From positions 192,001-256,000 of the forward strand of contig CAWCRS010000007.1 of the NCBI GenBank assembly GCA_963798085.1: a stretch of 64,000 nt of DNA, written 5' to 3'. The notes below the pieces were generated by a model that was not told the origin of the DNA, ran no database searches, and saw only the letters and a list, made by a program, of their open reading frames with translations. The number at the start of each line of letters is the position of its first letter. Position 1 is the first letter of the stretch. The stretch is from an uncultured Gemmatimonadales bacterium (GTDB lineage Bacteria > Gemmatimonadota > Gemmatimonadetes > Longimicrobiales > RSA9). Positions 52,483 to 63,300 of the stretch are shown here, in pieces. A program made the position numbers and the translations under genes.

Positions 52483-54037
52483 GATCAAGCCCGCGTTCGA
52501 CGATTTCGTGCGGCTGGCGGGAACCGCCGCGCTGGTTCCGCTCTACCGCGAGTTCCTGTTCGACTCCGACACCGCCGTCACGGCCTACGCGAAGCTGGCG
52601 CGGTGGTCGCCGGAAGATCACCGCGCGACGCCGCACACGCCACCCGCGGTTGCCGGGGCCGCGCATTTCGGCTTCCTGCTGGAATCGCTGGTGGGTGGCG
52701 AGAAGTGGGCACGCTACACCTTCCTCGGCACGCGCCCGCGCGGTGCCTGGCGGCTGCAGCCGGGCGGGCTGGTTTCGACCTGGTCACCCGAACGCGGATG
52801 GTCGGCGTCTGAACCGGTGCGGGATCCGCTGGCCGACCTCGACCAGCGACTGCGCGCTGCGCGCTGTGCGCGGCTGCCCGGACTGCCGCGCTTCACAGGC
52901 GGTGCCGTCGGCTATCTGGGTTACGATGTGATCCGTTACATTGAACGCCTGCCCGACCCGCCCCCGGACGACAGGAACCTGCCCGAGGCGCTGCTGCTCT
53001 TCACCGATGTGGTGCTGGCCATCGACAACGTATTCGGTCGCGCGCAGGCCATCACCACCGTGGAGGTCGGGGGGGTCGCCGACCGCATCGAGCTGCGCCG
53101 TCGCTACGACGCCGCGGTTGAGCGCGTGGACGAGGTGGTGCGCGCACTGGCGGAGCGCCCCGGCCCGCCCCGCCTCGATGCCGACAGCGCGCGTGCGGCA
53201 ACGCCCTTCCGCAGCACGCACACGCGGGCGCAGTACGAGAGCGATGTCGAGCGCATCCGCGAGTACATCCGCGCCGGTGATGCGTACCAGGTGGTCGCCA
53301 GCCAGCGACTCACGGTGCCGCTCACCGTCGATCCCTTCCAGCTCTACCGCATGCTGCGCGCGCTCAACCCTTCGCCCTACCTGTTCTTCCTCGAACTCGA
53401 TGGCGTCAGTCTCGTAGGGTCATCGCCCGAGGTCATGGTGCGGCTCGAGGATGGCAAGGTGACACTCCGGCCCATCGCGGGCACGCGCCCGCGCGGGCGT
53501 ACAGAACCCGAAGACGCCGCGCGCGCCGCCGAACTCCTGGCCGACCAGAAGGAGCGTGCCGAGCATCTCATGCTCGTCGACCTGGGCCGCAATGATGTGG
53601 GCCGCATTGCGCGCTACGGCAGCGTGCACGTCACCGACTTCATGAGCATCGAGCGCTACAGCCACGTGCTGCATTTGGTGAGTCAGGTGGAAGGCGAGCT
53701 GCGCGCAGGACTGAGCGCGGTCGACGTATTCCGTGCGTGTTTTCCGGCGGGCACGGTTTCGGGCGCGCCCAAGATCCGGGCGATGCAGATCATCGATGAG
53801 CTGGAGCCGGTGCGGCGGGGGCCTTACGCGGGGGCAGTTGGTTACTTCTCGTGGGGCGGGCACGCGATGGACACTGCCATCGCCATACGCACGCTCGTCG
53901 CGGAGAACGGGCGCGCGCACGTGCAGGCCGGCGCGGGCATTGTTGCCGATTCCGTGCCCGCGCGCGAGTACGATGAGACGCTGGACAAGGCACAGGCGCT
54001 GTTGAAGGTGCTGGCGTCGGCGAACGCAGAGACGTAG
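52481..54037 (+). CDS. trpE: Anthranilate synthase component I
   Basis: LLES, RYTFLG, NPSPY, SSPE, PIAGT, KERAEHLMLVDLGRND, AGTVSGAPK, QAGAGIVADS. Confidence 0.9.
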   Translation: MIKPAFDDFVRLAGTAALVPLYREFLFDSDTAVTAYAKLARWSPEDHRATPHTPPAVAGAAHFGFLLESLVGGEKWARYTFLGTRPRGAWRLQPGGLVSTWSPERGWSASEPVRDPLADLDQRLRAARCARLPGLPRFTGGAVGYLGYDVIRYIERLPDPPPDDRNLPEALLLFTDVVLAIDNVFGRAQAITTVEVGGVADRIELRRRYDAAVERVDEVVRALAERPGPPRLDADSARAATPFRSTHTRAQYESDVERIREYIRAGDAYQVVASQRLTVPLTVDPFQLYRMLRALNPSPYLFFLELDGVSLVGSSPEVMVRLEDGKVTLRPIAGTRPRGRTEPEDAARAAELLADQKERAEHLMLVDLGRNDVGRIARYGSVHVTDFMSIERYSHVLHLVSQVEGELRAGLSAVDVFRACFPAGTVSGAPKIRAMQIIDELEPVRRGPYAGAVGYFSWGGHAMDTAIAIRTLVAENGRAHVQAGAGIVADSVPAREYDETLDKAQALLKVLASANAET

Positions 54038-54278
54038 GGGAATTGCGGACACGCATGTCAGCAATCTCGGACTGTCACTTGTTATGCCGTTCGGGCGTTC
54101 AACGTGTGCGCGCAAGACGCGGGCTCGGCCGGTGCGCGGCTGACTCCGCCCTGAATCGAAGAATCAAGTGCAGGAATGGAACACCCGGTCAGCGGGTGCG
54201 ACGGGCCATCACAGGCCGGCGCGCCGGTTCCGTCCGGCGGCACGATGCCGCAGTGCGTCGCTCCGCCGTCGGGCCCGC

Positions 54279-56567
54279 CTAACCGACGACTTCGAAGACC
54301 GTCTCACTCTCCGCGCGTTCGCCCGTCTGCACACCGGTCACCGTGATGCGCATGCGGTAGCGGCCGGGCGGCAGGTCGGTGCCCAGGCGACGCAGTTCCT
54401 GCAGGGCTCCCGTGACGTCCGGTCGCGCGCGATCCTCGAAGCGCAGATCAATGTGCGGCGGGCCGCCGCCGAACAGGCGCTTCACGCTGCCCAGTGCGCC
54501 TCCGCCCTGCACGGGATCGACCGTGAGGTGAGTCCGGTAGGGCGCGTCCGCGGCCAGATTGTAGATCTCGTAGAAGAGTGTGAAGGGGTGGCCGGGCTGG
54601 AACCGGCGAGGCAGGGTCACGGCCAGCTTGAGGTCGCCGCGCTCCCAGTCCCCGGCGCTGTCGGGCGAGGCCAGCACCAGGTCACTCACCTGCAGGCCCG
54701 CACCCGTGTAGTCCTTGAGCCGTGTCGTGCCCGTGAAGACGCTGCCCGCGTCCACCACCGGGCTGCGCGCCACCACCCGATACACCGTGTTATCAGACGG
54801 CAGCACGGGCAGCGTGACGTGCGCGCGCAGGAAATCACCGGCATGCAGCGGCTGCGCCGTGGCGATGCGTACCAGTGTGTCGCGGCGCGTGACGTCGTCG
54901 GTCAGCGTATCCTGCAATATGATGGAGAGCGCCACGGGATACACGCGCCGGCCCTGCTCCTCGAGCGCGGCCGCGCCTTCGGCGGGAATCGCGAACGCAG
55001 CGGTGAGGTCGGTGCGGCCGAAGGGCGCGCGGAACGTGAACACGTCGAAGTGGAAGGGCAGTTCGCGGTCGTAGCGTGCCACGTACACGTCACTGGCCAG
55101 CGCCTGGCGCGCCTGGCGCCGGTACTCGGCGTCCACCGATTCCACCTCGGTGTGCACCATGCGCCGGATCTCGGTCTGGTCAATGACACGCGAGCCGGTG
55201 TTGAACGTCAGCAGGTCGGCGCGCAGCCGGGCGACGGCCGCCTGGTAGCGCGGCTCGAAGGCAGCCCGGTCTTCGATCAGGGAAATGACGGCGCGGTCGA
55301 AGCGCGCCTTGTCTTCGATGGGATCCACCGCCCCATCCAGCGCCTGCAGCAGGTCGCTGACCAGACTGTAGTCGCGGCTGCCGCGCAGCGCGACGAAATG
55401 AAACAGCTGGTTAGAGGTGCCGTCGGGTGCGCGGTAGATCCACGTCTCGTTGGGCAGCAGGCCATCGGAGCGCGTGCTCACCACGCGCTCGGGAAGACCG
55501 CGCTTGAGCAGCACCACACCGCGGTCGTCGAAGGGGCTGCCGCCCGTGGCGGTTTCGGCGAGCAGCACACCGCTGCCATTCACGCCCCGCCGCGAATTGC
55601 GCAGGTAGTCGCGGCGGGCGAGAGCCAGCCGGCGATAGTGTTCGGCCAGGCGCTCGGCCGGCGTAACACCGCTGTCAGCAGCACGCCGCTCCCAGAAGCG
55701 GTGCAGCCAGAAGCGGCGTCCGCTCAGGTCGGCATGCTCCCAGTCCGCGACTTCGGCCGCAGTGGCGATCACCCCGACGTCCTGGAACAGGCGCTCGGCG
55801 CTGGCCGCGTCCAGCGTGTCCACAGCGGCGAAGTAGGCGGCTGCACCGGCATCGTCGCGACCCGGCTGCAGGAGGAGCGCCTGCGCGCGCGCCACCAGCG
55901 TCGGCGCGCTGCCGCCTTCGTCCAGGGCAGCTTCCGCCTGGTGGTAGTCGCCGAGCGCCGTCTCCACCTCCGCCAGCGCACTGTTCACCTCGGGCGTAGC
56001 CTGGCCGTTGCGGCGCAGGCCCAGCAGTGCCTGCCTCGCCGCCACGATGTCGCCATGATCGCGGCCATCGTCCACCGCGAGCCGCGCCAGCAGCACGGCG
56101 GCGGGTGCGAAGAGCGAGTCCAGCTCCAGAGCGTCCTGCGCCGCCTTGCGCGCGCGCGATTTCGGATCCTTGCCCAGGATCTCGGCGAAGCTGTGCGTCA
56201 CCGTGATCCCGTTTTCCTGATTCAGCCTCGCCGCCGCCTCACCGGCATAGGCCAGCGCGAGTCCGTAATGCATCCACGTGACCCGCGGAAAGCGATCGGC
56301 ACCACGCTCGAATGCCTCGCGCGCCAGCTGCGCATCGGTGGCATCGTGCGTGACCTCGGCAATGCGCAGGCGAATGAGCCCACGCTCGATCAGCGGCTCC
56401 GGTGTCGTGGCCATGCCCGGCATGGGCAGCCGGCTCTGCAGCCGCTGCAAGGCGGGTACGTCGCTCAGCGCCCGCAGCGAATCGCGGTAGCTTGTCCATT
56501 CGCGCGTCTGCGCCGCCAGCGGAGCCGGCAGCAGGACGGCGAGCAGTATGGCATGAGTCAGCTTCAT
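54279..56567 (-). CDS. Secreted TPR-like protein with a GWxTD-type domain
   Basis: Signal peptide; RFWERR...LAEHYRRL...DDRGVVLLKRGLP...NETWIY. Confidence 0.78.
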   Translation of the reverse strand: MKLTHAILLAVLLPAPLAAQTREWTSYRDSLRALSDVPALQRLQSRLPMPGMATTPEPLIERGLIRLRIAEVTHDATDAQLAREAFERGADRFPRVTWMHYGLALAYAGEAAARLNQENGITVTHSFAEILGKDPKSRARKAAQDALELDSLFAPAAVLLARLAVDDGRDHGDIVAARQALLGLRRNGQATPEVNSALAEVETALGDYHQAEAALDEGGSAPTLVARAQALLLQPGRDDAGAAAYFAAVDTLDAASAERLFQDVGVIATAAEVADWEHADLSGRRFWLHRFWERRAADSGVTPAERLAEHYRRLALARRDYLRNSRRGVNGSGVLLAETATGGSPFDDRGVVLLKRGLPERVVSTRSDGLLPNETWIYRAPDGTSNQLFHFVALRGSRDYSLVSDLLQALDGAVDPIEDKARFDRAVISLIEDRAAFEPRYQAAVARLRADLLTFNTGSRVIDQTEIRRMVHTEVESVDAEYRRQARQALASDVYVARYDRELPFHFDVFTFRAPFGRTDLTAAFAIPAEGAAALEEQGRRVYPVALSIILQDTLTDDVTRRDTLVRIATAQPLHAGDFLRAHVTLPVLPSDNTVYRVVARSPVVDAGSVFTGTTRLKDYTGAGLQVSDLVLASPDSAGDWERGDLKLAVTLPRRFQPGHPFTLFYEIYNLAADAPYRTHLTVDPVQGGGALGSVKRLFGGGPPHIDLRFEDRARPDVTGALQELRRLGTDLPPGRYRMRITVTGVQTGERAESETVFEVVG

Positions 56568-56822
56568 GGAGGCTTCCCTTCGCAGGGAACGCGCGGTCCG
56601 GCAACGAATCCGCAGTCTGCCGGTGCGCACCTTTACCCCTTCCCGGAGCGCGCGGTCCGACGCCGGCTACAGTGCACCACGCGCGCGCAGCGTCCGCATC
56701 AACCGGGTCCCGAAGCGCGGCCCGACACGACTGTTACGAGCAACCAGAGGCACAGCCGGGCAAAAGCGCAATACGCGTTCTGGCGATTCGCCCCGGCGGA
56801 CAACGATGTTCACAATAGTTGC

Positions 56823-56851
56823 TTGACAGTCTGCGCAGTTCCCCGTAATCT
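56823..56851 (+). promoter_or_regulatory. Sigma70 promoter of the TonB receptor operon
   Basis: TTGACA-17 nt-TAATCT. Confidence 0.6.
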
Positions 56852-57027
56852 GGCCGCGCGCAAGAGAAGCATCACCGTTCCGAAAAGAGATCGTTACGAA
56901 GACCGGCGTCGAGACGCCCGCCATGCGGGCGCGCCATGCGTTTTCGACATCCGTCCGGCGGGACGCATCCGCCGGGCGCGCCACTGTTTCACCACCTTTC
57001 GCATCATCGCACCCAGGAGGATCCCCC

Positions 57028-60000
57028 ATGCTGCGTAAAGCGGTACAGCGACTCGCCACAGGCCTCGCCTGTACGCTGGTCCTGGTCGCTACGACCTGGA
57101 CCGGTGTTCGCGCGCAGGGCACGACCGGCAAGATCCAGGGTCGCGTCCTGGACTCGACTGGAAAGGCCGTACCTGCGGCTCAGGTCACCATCGAAGGCAC
57201 CACGTTCGGTAACCTGACCAACGACGACGGTTTCTACTTCATCAACGAAGTGCCGCCGGGGCTGGTGAACGTACGCGCGCAGAGCATCGGTTTCCGCGCA
57301 GTCGTGATTTCCCAGCAGCGCGTGCTCGCCGGCCAGACACTCACGCTGAACTTCACGCTGGAGGTGACGGCGGTCGAGCTGCAGGCGCTGGTCGTGACCG
57401 GCGAGCGCAACCCGCTCGTGCCGCGCGACCAGGTGTCGTCAAAGGCGATCATCACCGGTGAGAAGATCGATGAGCTGCCGTTCGACAACGCCACCAGCAT
57501 CGTGCTGTTGCAGCCCGGAGTGATCTCGACCAACTCGGGGCGCACCATCCGCGGCAGCCGGCCCGGTGAAGAGGCCGTGTATGTCGACGGCGTGCCCATC
57601 CGCCGCATCCGCACCGGTTCCACCGAGTCCTTCGATCTGCCCACGAACTCGCTGGCGCAGGTGGACGTCACGACCGGCGGCATAAGCGCGCGTTATGCGG
57701 ATGCGCAGTCGGGCGTGATCAACTTCGTTACCAAGACGGGCGGCCCCAAGTTCGGCGGCACGTTCGACCTGTTCACGGACATGCTCGGCCCCACCAACTG
57801 GTCGAGCGGATTCAACCGGGCGGAGCTGAGCTTCGGCGGGCCCATCCCGATCGTCAAGAACCTGACGTTCTTCTTCGGCGGCACGGCCCAGGGGCAGAAG
57901 TATGCCGGACTGAATCAGGGAATCGTCAACAGCCCGGGCTTCTACGTTGCGACGGGCGTGGACACCACGTTCCGGCTGGCGCGCAGCAGCCAGGTTTCCG
58001 GCCTGTCGGACAGCGTGGATGTCGCGGTGCCCAACTTCATCAAGTGGGACAACGGCAATCGCGCTCCCACCAACGTGGGCGACTCGTACAACTCGACAGC
58101 CAAGTTGTCCTACGGACTCCCGCGCGGCGGGCGCGTGGACCTGACGTATTACCGCAACCGCGATCAGAGCATCGGGCGGGGCCTGGGCAGCCTCTACAAT
58201 CCATATGCCTGGAACGGCAACTACTCGTCGGAGAACGTGCTCACACTGGGCACGTACTTCCTGATCAACCAGGCGCCGACACACCAGCTGGCGCTCGACC
58301 TCAAGGCCAGCTACCAGGCTGACTGGACGCAGTCGGGTGACATACAGCCCAATTATCTGCTGAACCATCTGGACCCGGCCTTCGGCTTCAACTTCTCCAA
58401 CCTGAAGTTCCTTGTGGACCCGAACGATTGGCCGGTCACCGACCTGCTGGTGAATCTGGCGCGCTCGGGCATTCTGCCGGCGGAATCGCTGCAGGTGCTG
58501 CCGAACCGGGCGGACCTGGGCTCCCGCCAGGGCGTGCAGGGTGTGAATACGTCGCTGCGGCTCAACCCCTACGGCATGCGCCAGAGCTGGTCCACATACG
58601 GCACCGGAAATACCGGCCAGTCGTGGACCAAGGAGAATCGCTGGTACTTCAGCGGCACGGCGGACTGGCAGCTCAACCGCTACAACCGCATGTGGATCGG
58701 CGGCGACATCACGATGGCGGATGACAAGGTGCAGAACGTGCCGCTCTACACCGGCACATCGATTCCGACCATGTACTCGCCCACGCGCGGCAGCCTGTAC
58801 GTCCAGAACCGTCTCGACATCGGCGACGTGGTGCTGGAAGGCGGATTGCGCTGGGACTACTTCGATCCCAATGGCTTCTTCCCCCGCGTGCCCGGTTACG
58901 TCTTCAATGTGCCGGACAGCCTCAAGGCGGACTTCCTGCGCTTCACTTCGGCGACCGGTCCGCTGGCCGATCGCGTGCAGTTGAATTCGGACTGCGGCGG
59001 CGCAGCCACGGCCGCACAGCGCACGAATTCCGCTGGCCAGGTGGTCTGCGAGGACAACTTCATCAAGGCATCGGTGAAGAAGGCGTTCGCGCCTCGCCTC
59101 GCGGTGAGCTTCCCGGTGACGCCGACGTCAACGTTCCGTTTCAGCTACTCACACAATACGCAGGTCCCGTCCCTGACGGGTGGCGGCAGCCTGTTCGGCT
59201 CCGCGTACACGGACCTGACCGGTGGCGCCAACACCAACACGACGTTCGGTCGTGACGTGGACATTCCGCGCACGGTGCTGTTCGAGGCCGGCTATCGTCA
59301 GGTGTTCGGTGGGTCCACCGTCGTGGACGCGGCGGTCTACTCCAAGACGACACGCAACAGCCTGACCTATCGCAAGCTGCCTTTCGAGGATCCCAAGATC
59401 CCGGGCCGTACCGTGTTCATCAATGTGCTGACCAACGCCGACTACTCGCTGGCGCGTGGTCTGGACCTGCGACTGGATCGTCGTTTCAGCGAGATCGCGG
59501 ACCTCTCGGTCAACTACTCGTTCGTGGACGCGCGCGGCACCGGCTCGGACCCCAACACCTACACGGGTCTGATCCTGCGGCGCTCGACGAACGTGGGTCT
59601 GTTCACGGGCCAGCCGACCGACCCGCCGGAGCTGCTGCTCACGCTCAACCAGAGCCGTGCGCACAACGTGGCGGGCACATTCTCGCTGCTGTTCCCCTCC
59701 GACTGGCACTCGGGCAGTGTCGCTAACACCGTCTTTGGCGACGTCGGCATCTTCGCCACCTTCCGACTCGCTTCCGGTCTGCCCTACACCCGCCTGGTGA
59801 ATGCGGGCAACGGCCAGACGGGCCCGCCCACCTTTGCCGGTCTGGTCGGCGTGCCCTCGGAGGAACTGAATGCCTCCCGCACACCGGGCTTCAAGACGCT
59901 CGACATGCGCATCCACCGGGGTTTCCGGGTGGGTGCCAAGCGCATGCGCGTGTTCGCCGACTTCCGCAACCCGCTGCACATCGCGAACACCAACTTCGTG

Positions 60001-60309
60001 TACATGGAGACCGGTGAGATCAACAACGCGCTGTACAAGACGGACTCGATCGATCCGCTGCTGCGCGATGCCACGCTGGACGGCAATGCCAACATCGACG
60101 ACTTCAACATCATGAAGGAGTCGCCGGACATTCCCATGAACAGGTACCTGCTGCTGCAGGCGGAAAAGCGTTTCGGCAATGGCGACGGCATCTTCACGGT
60201 CGACGAGCAGCGCAGGGCATTCGGATCGTTTTTCGATCTGTTCAACAACTCGCTGGGCTTCCGCAACGCGGACCGCTCGCTGCGGTTGGGCCTGGAGTTC
60301 GTGTTCTGA
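57028..60309 (+). CDS. TonB-dependent receptor with N-terminal carboxypeptidase-regulatory-like domain
   Basis: AGGAGG RBS; signal peptide; TGKIQGRV; plug IRGSRPGEEAVYVDG, GVINFVTK; GLRWDYF; ends LRLGLEFVF. Confidence 0.92.
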   Translation: MLRKAVQRLATGLACTLVLVATTWTGVRAQGTTGKIQGRVLDSTGKAVPAAQVTIEGTTFGNLTNDDGFYFINEVPPGLVNVRAQSIGFRAVVISQQRVLAGQTLTLNFTLEVTAVELQALVVTGERNPLVPRDQVSSKAIITGEKIDELPFDNATSIVLLQPGVISTNSGRTIRGSRPGEEAVYVDGVPIRRIRTGSTESFDLPTNSLAQVDVTTGGISARYADAQSGVINFVTKTGGPKFGGTFDLFTDMLGPTNWSSGFNRAELSFGGPIPIVKNLTFFFGGTAQGQKYAGLNQGIVNSPGFYVATGVDTTFRLARSSQVSGLSDSVDVAVPNFIKWDNGNRAPTNVGDSYNSTAKLSYGLPRGGRVDLTYYRNRDQSIGRGLGSLYNPYAWNGNYSSENVLTLGTYFLINQAPTHQLALDLKASYQADWTQSGDIQPNYLLNHLDPAFGFNFSNLKFLVDPNDWPVTDLLVNLARSGILPAESLQVLPNRADLGSRQGVQGVNTSLRLNPYGMRQSWSTYGTGNTGQSWTKENRWYFSGTADWQLNRYNRMWIGGDITMADDKVQNVPLYTGTSIPTMYSPTRGSLYVQNRLDIGDVVLEGGLRWDYFDPNGFFPRVPGYVFNVPDSLKADFLRFTSATGPLADRVQLNSDCGGAATAAQRTNSAGQVVCEDNFIKASVKKAFAPRLAVSFPVTPTSTFRFSYSHNTQVPSLTGGGSLFGSAYTDLTGGANTNTTFGRDVDIPRTVLFEAGYRQVFGGSTVVDAAVYSKTTRNSLTYRKLPFEDPKIPGRTVFINVLTNADYSLARGLDLRLDRRFSEIADLSVNYSFVDARGTGSDPNTYTGLILRRSTNVGLFTGQPTDPPELLLTLNQSRAHNVAGTFSLLFPSDWHSGSVANTVFGDVGIFATFRLASGLPYTRLVNAGNGQTGPPTFAGLVGVPSEELNASRTPGFKTLDMRIHRGFRVGAKRMRVFADFRNPLHIANTNFVYMETGEINNALYKTDSIDPLLRDATLDGNANIDDFNIMKESPDIPMNRYLLLQAEKRFGNGDGIFTVDEQRRAFGSFFDLFNNSLGFRNADRSLRLGLEFVF

Positions 60310-60320
60310 TGGAGGCGAGA

Positions 60321-60352
60321 TCCGGGAGCGCGTGCGCAAGCGCGCTCCCGGA
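60321..60352. other. Intra-operon 12-bp GC hairpin
   Basis: TCCGGGAGCGCG / CGCGCTCCCGGA, no U-tract. Confidence 0.7.
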
Positions 60353-60396
60353 CCGGAGCGGATGACGAAATTCGACGACTAGCTCAGGGAGCAATC

Positions 60397-63300
60397 ATGA
60401 ATCGTGAGACTCGTGGGGGCCTCGCCCGGCGCACGGGCCTGGCTGCCCTGTCGGCGATGCTGCTGCTGCCGACGTTTGTGGCAGGGCAGAGTGTGGCCGA
60501 GAAATACCGTCAGGCGCGCGAACGCTCGAGCCCGTTCAACCTGTCCAGCTCGGCCAACTCGGTGCTGCAGGTGAACAAGTTCCAGTGCGGCCTGTCCAAC
60601 AAGGGCTTCGTCTGCACCAATGTATTCGACAGCCCCACCGGCGGTGGTGGCTTCTGGCCCACCGGCACGGTAGACCAGTACATGTTCCGGTCCGGCGGCC
60701 AGATCTTCGGCATCATTCCCGGATCCAAGGCGGACAATCCGTGGGCGGGTGACACGGTGGGCGCCTTCTTCAACGAGGGCACCGGCCAGCGCGGCCACGG
60801 CACGCCGGTAACAGAGATTTACAATTCGCTGGATCCGAACGATCTGGCGAACTGGCCGGATGTCGGTTCGGTGGACCACTTCCCGGAAGCCACCGCCTGG
60901 GTGACGGACACGTCACTGTTCAACGACGTGCTGATCGGCCGCAAGGCGGCGTCGCAGCAGGACACCTGGCAGCTGTACTGGGACGGCGATCCCGGCCCCA
61001 CCCTGGGCCGCAACCATCCCATGGGCATCCTGGTGGAGCAGCGGTCGCTGGCCTGGAACTATCCGTCCGGCAATGAAGCGATCATCTACTTCATCTACAA
61101 ATTCACGAACGTCACCAACAACCCGTACTTCCAGCAGCTGAACGAGGCCAAGTTCTTCGGCGGCGCGAACCAGTTGCCGGACGGCGGCTGGCGGATTGAT
61201 TCGATCTACGTCGCCGTCGACTCTGATGCGGACGTGGACGCGGACAAGGCGGACCAGAACTACGCGACCGGCATTCTGCCGTTCAACCTCGGTATCGCGT
61301 ACCTGAACTCTTTCTACGAGCCCGCGTTCGACTATCCGCCGTCGGAGTTCCACGCGCCCTTCTTCCCGGCAGCGGTGGGCATCGTGGGCGTGAAGTTCCT
61401 GAAGAGTCCGACCAATCCGGCGACAGGCAAGGAAGTAGGTCTGACCAGCCTGTCGCTGCACACCAACGGCGGCGCCTTCCCGGATCCGGCCAACGTCCAG
61501 CGCGGCTGGCGCTACGTCTCGCTGAACGTGGACGCCGGCAAGGGCGATCCCAACTGCACGTTCAGCATCAATGAGGTCAAGGCGAGACGCGCCTGCTATC
61601 TCGGCCAGACGGCGAGCGACGTGCGCTTCTTCATTGGCTCGGGTCCGTTCTCGCTGGATCCCGGCCAGAGCGCCACGGTAGCCGTGGCCATGTACGCGGC
61701 CGCCACAGTTGCGACCAGTCAGATCCAGATCACGGCGGACAACAAGCCGGGCATTCCTTCGATTCACCCCGGATGCTTCGGCGATCCGATCCGTCCCATC
61801 GAGGTGGGCTCCGGCTGGGTGAAGACCAACACCTGCCCGAGCGATCCTGCGGATGCCGTCGACCAGCATGACGTCCAGGTCGTGACGGGCTCGCTGCTGG
61901 GCAAGGGCCTGGTGGCGCAGGCCATTTTCGACAACAAGTTCCTCCTGGGCTTCGCGCCCGAGACGCCCACCTTCCAGCTGGTGCCGGGCAACAACCAGAT
62001 CACGGTGGTCTGGGAGCCCAGCAACACGGAGAAGGAGGGTGATCCGTTCTTCGTCGCGGCAGGCGATCCTAACAGCCCGTTGTACGATCCCAACTACCGC
62101 CAGTTCAATGTGGAAGGCTACCGCATCTACCGCGGCACCACGCCGGGCAACCTCCATTTGATCGCGCAATTCGACAAGAAGGGCTCGGTCTTCGAGGACA
62201 ACCTGTGCGTGACGGATCCCACGTTCGTTGTCGGCGATACCTGCCCCGGCTCGACGGAAGTCGATCTGACGGGCGCCTTCGTGCAGTATCCGCCCGGAGG
62301 TGTCGTGCGGCTGGCGGACGGGACGCCCCTGGTGGTCAAGGCGGACACGGCGCTCGCGGCCGAGATCGCGGCGGGCAACGGGCAGCCGCTCAGCGACACG
62401 GGCATCCCCTACGCCTACGTTGACAAGGATGTGCGCAACGGCTTCCAGTACTTCTACAAGGTGACGGCGTTCGACATCAACAGCCTGAATTCCGGTCCCA
62501 GCTCGCTGGAATCGGCGGGCGGCTCGAAGAACACGACACCGCGCGCCGCCGCCACCTCACTGGCCGACGCGCAGTTCGCGGTGGGTCTGTTCGGACGCGG
62601 TAACACGCCATTAACGGGTCAGGCGCCCAGCATCGACCCGGTCACCGGTGAGTTCAGCGGACCGGCGGCGCCCACGGGCCTGATGACGGGTGAGTTCCTG
62701 CCCTTCGCGGCGCAGCTGCTGCCCGCGGGTACCAAGGAGATCCGCATCGACAGCGTGGTGCCCGGATACTATCCGAACGGCGTGATCGCGACGTTCTACG
62801 TGACCGCCGACGGCCAGCACACCTCAGTCCAGTTCAGCAACGGCAACGTGAGCGGCGGGCACACCGATCCCGAGACCCACGATCTGCCCGTGGTTTCCGT
62901 GGCGTCGGATCCGACGATCCGGCAGCAGCTGATCGCCAAGGGTGTGGACGCGCCGGCATCGGCGGGCAGCCTGACGGCGCAGCTGGCATCGGAGCGGCCG
63001 CACTGGGGGTCGGTAGACAGCGACTGGGCGTTCAAGCAGCCGGGCTTCTGGGATCCGTATGATCCACCGACCACACTGCCCGGCGGCTCGCGCTGGTTCA
63101 CGGGCGCGAACGAAGCGACGAAGGATCCGACGGCGGGGTACGCGGCCGGGTTCATTCAGGGCTACACGATTTTCAAACCCGAGCCCTATCAGACCGTCGC
63201 ACCGGCGCCTACTGGGGCGACCGCCCTGACCGCCTTCCGCGGCCAGAGCGGTGACATCATGCGCCGCTTCTACGGCACCACGTTCGGCGCGCACCGCGCC

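Noticed and set aside
54168..57038. 956-aa plus-strand ORF and similar long antisense ORFs (17641-19305, 29594-31012, 60913-62169)
   Set aside because: Shadow ORFs opposite well-supported genes in GC-rich DNA; no motifs
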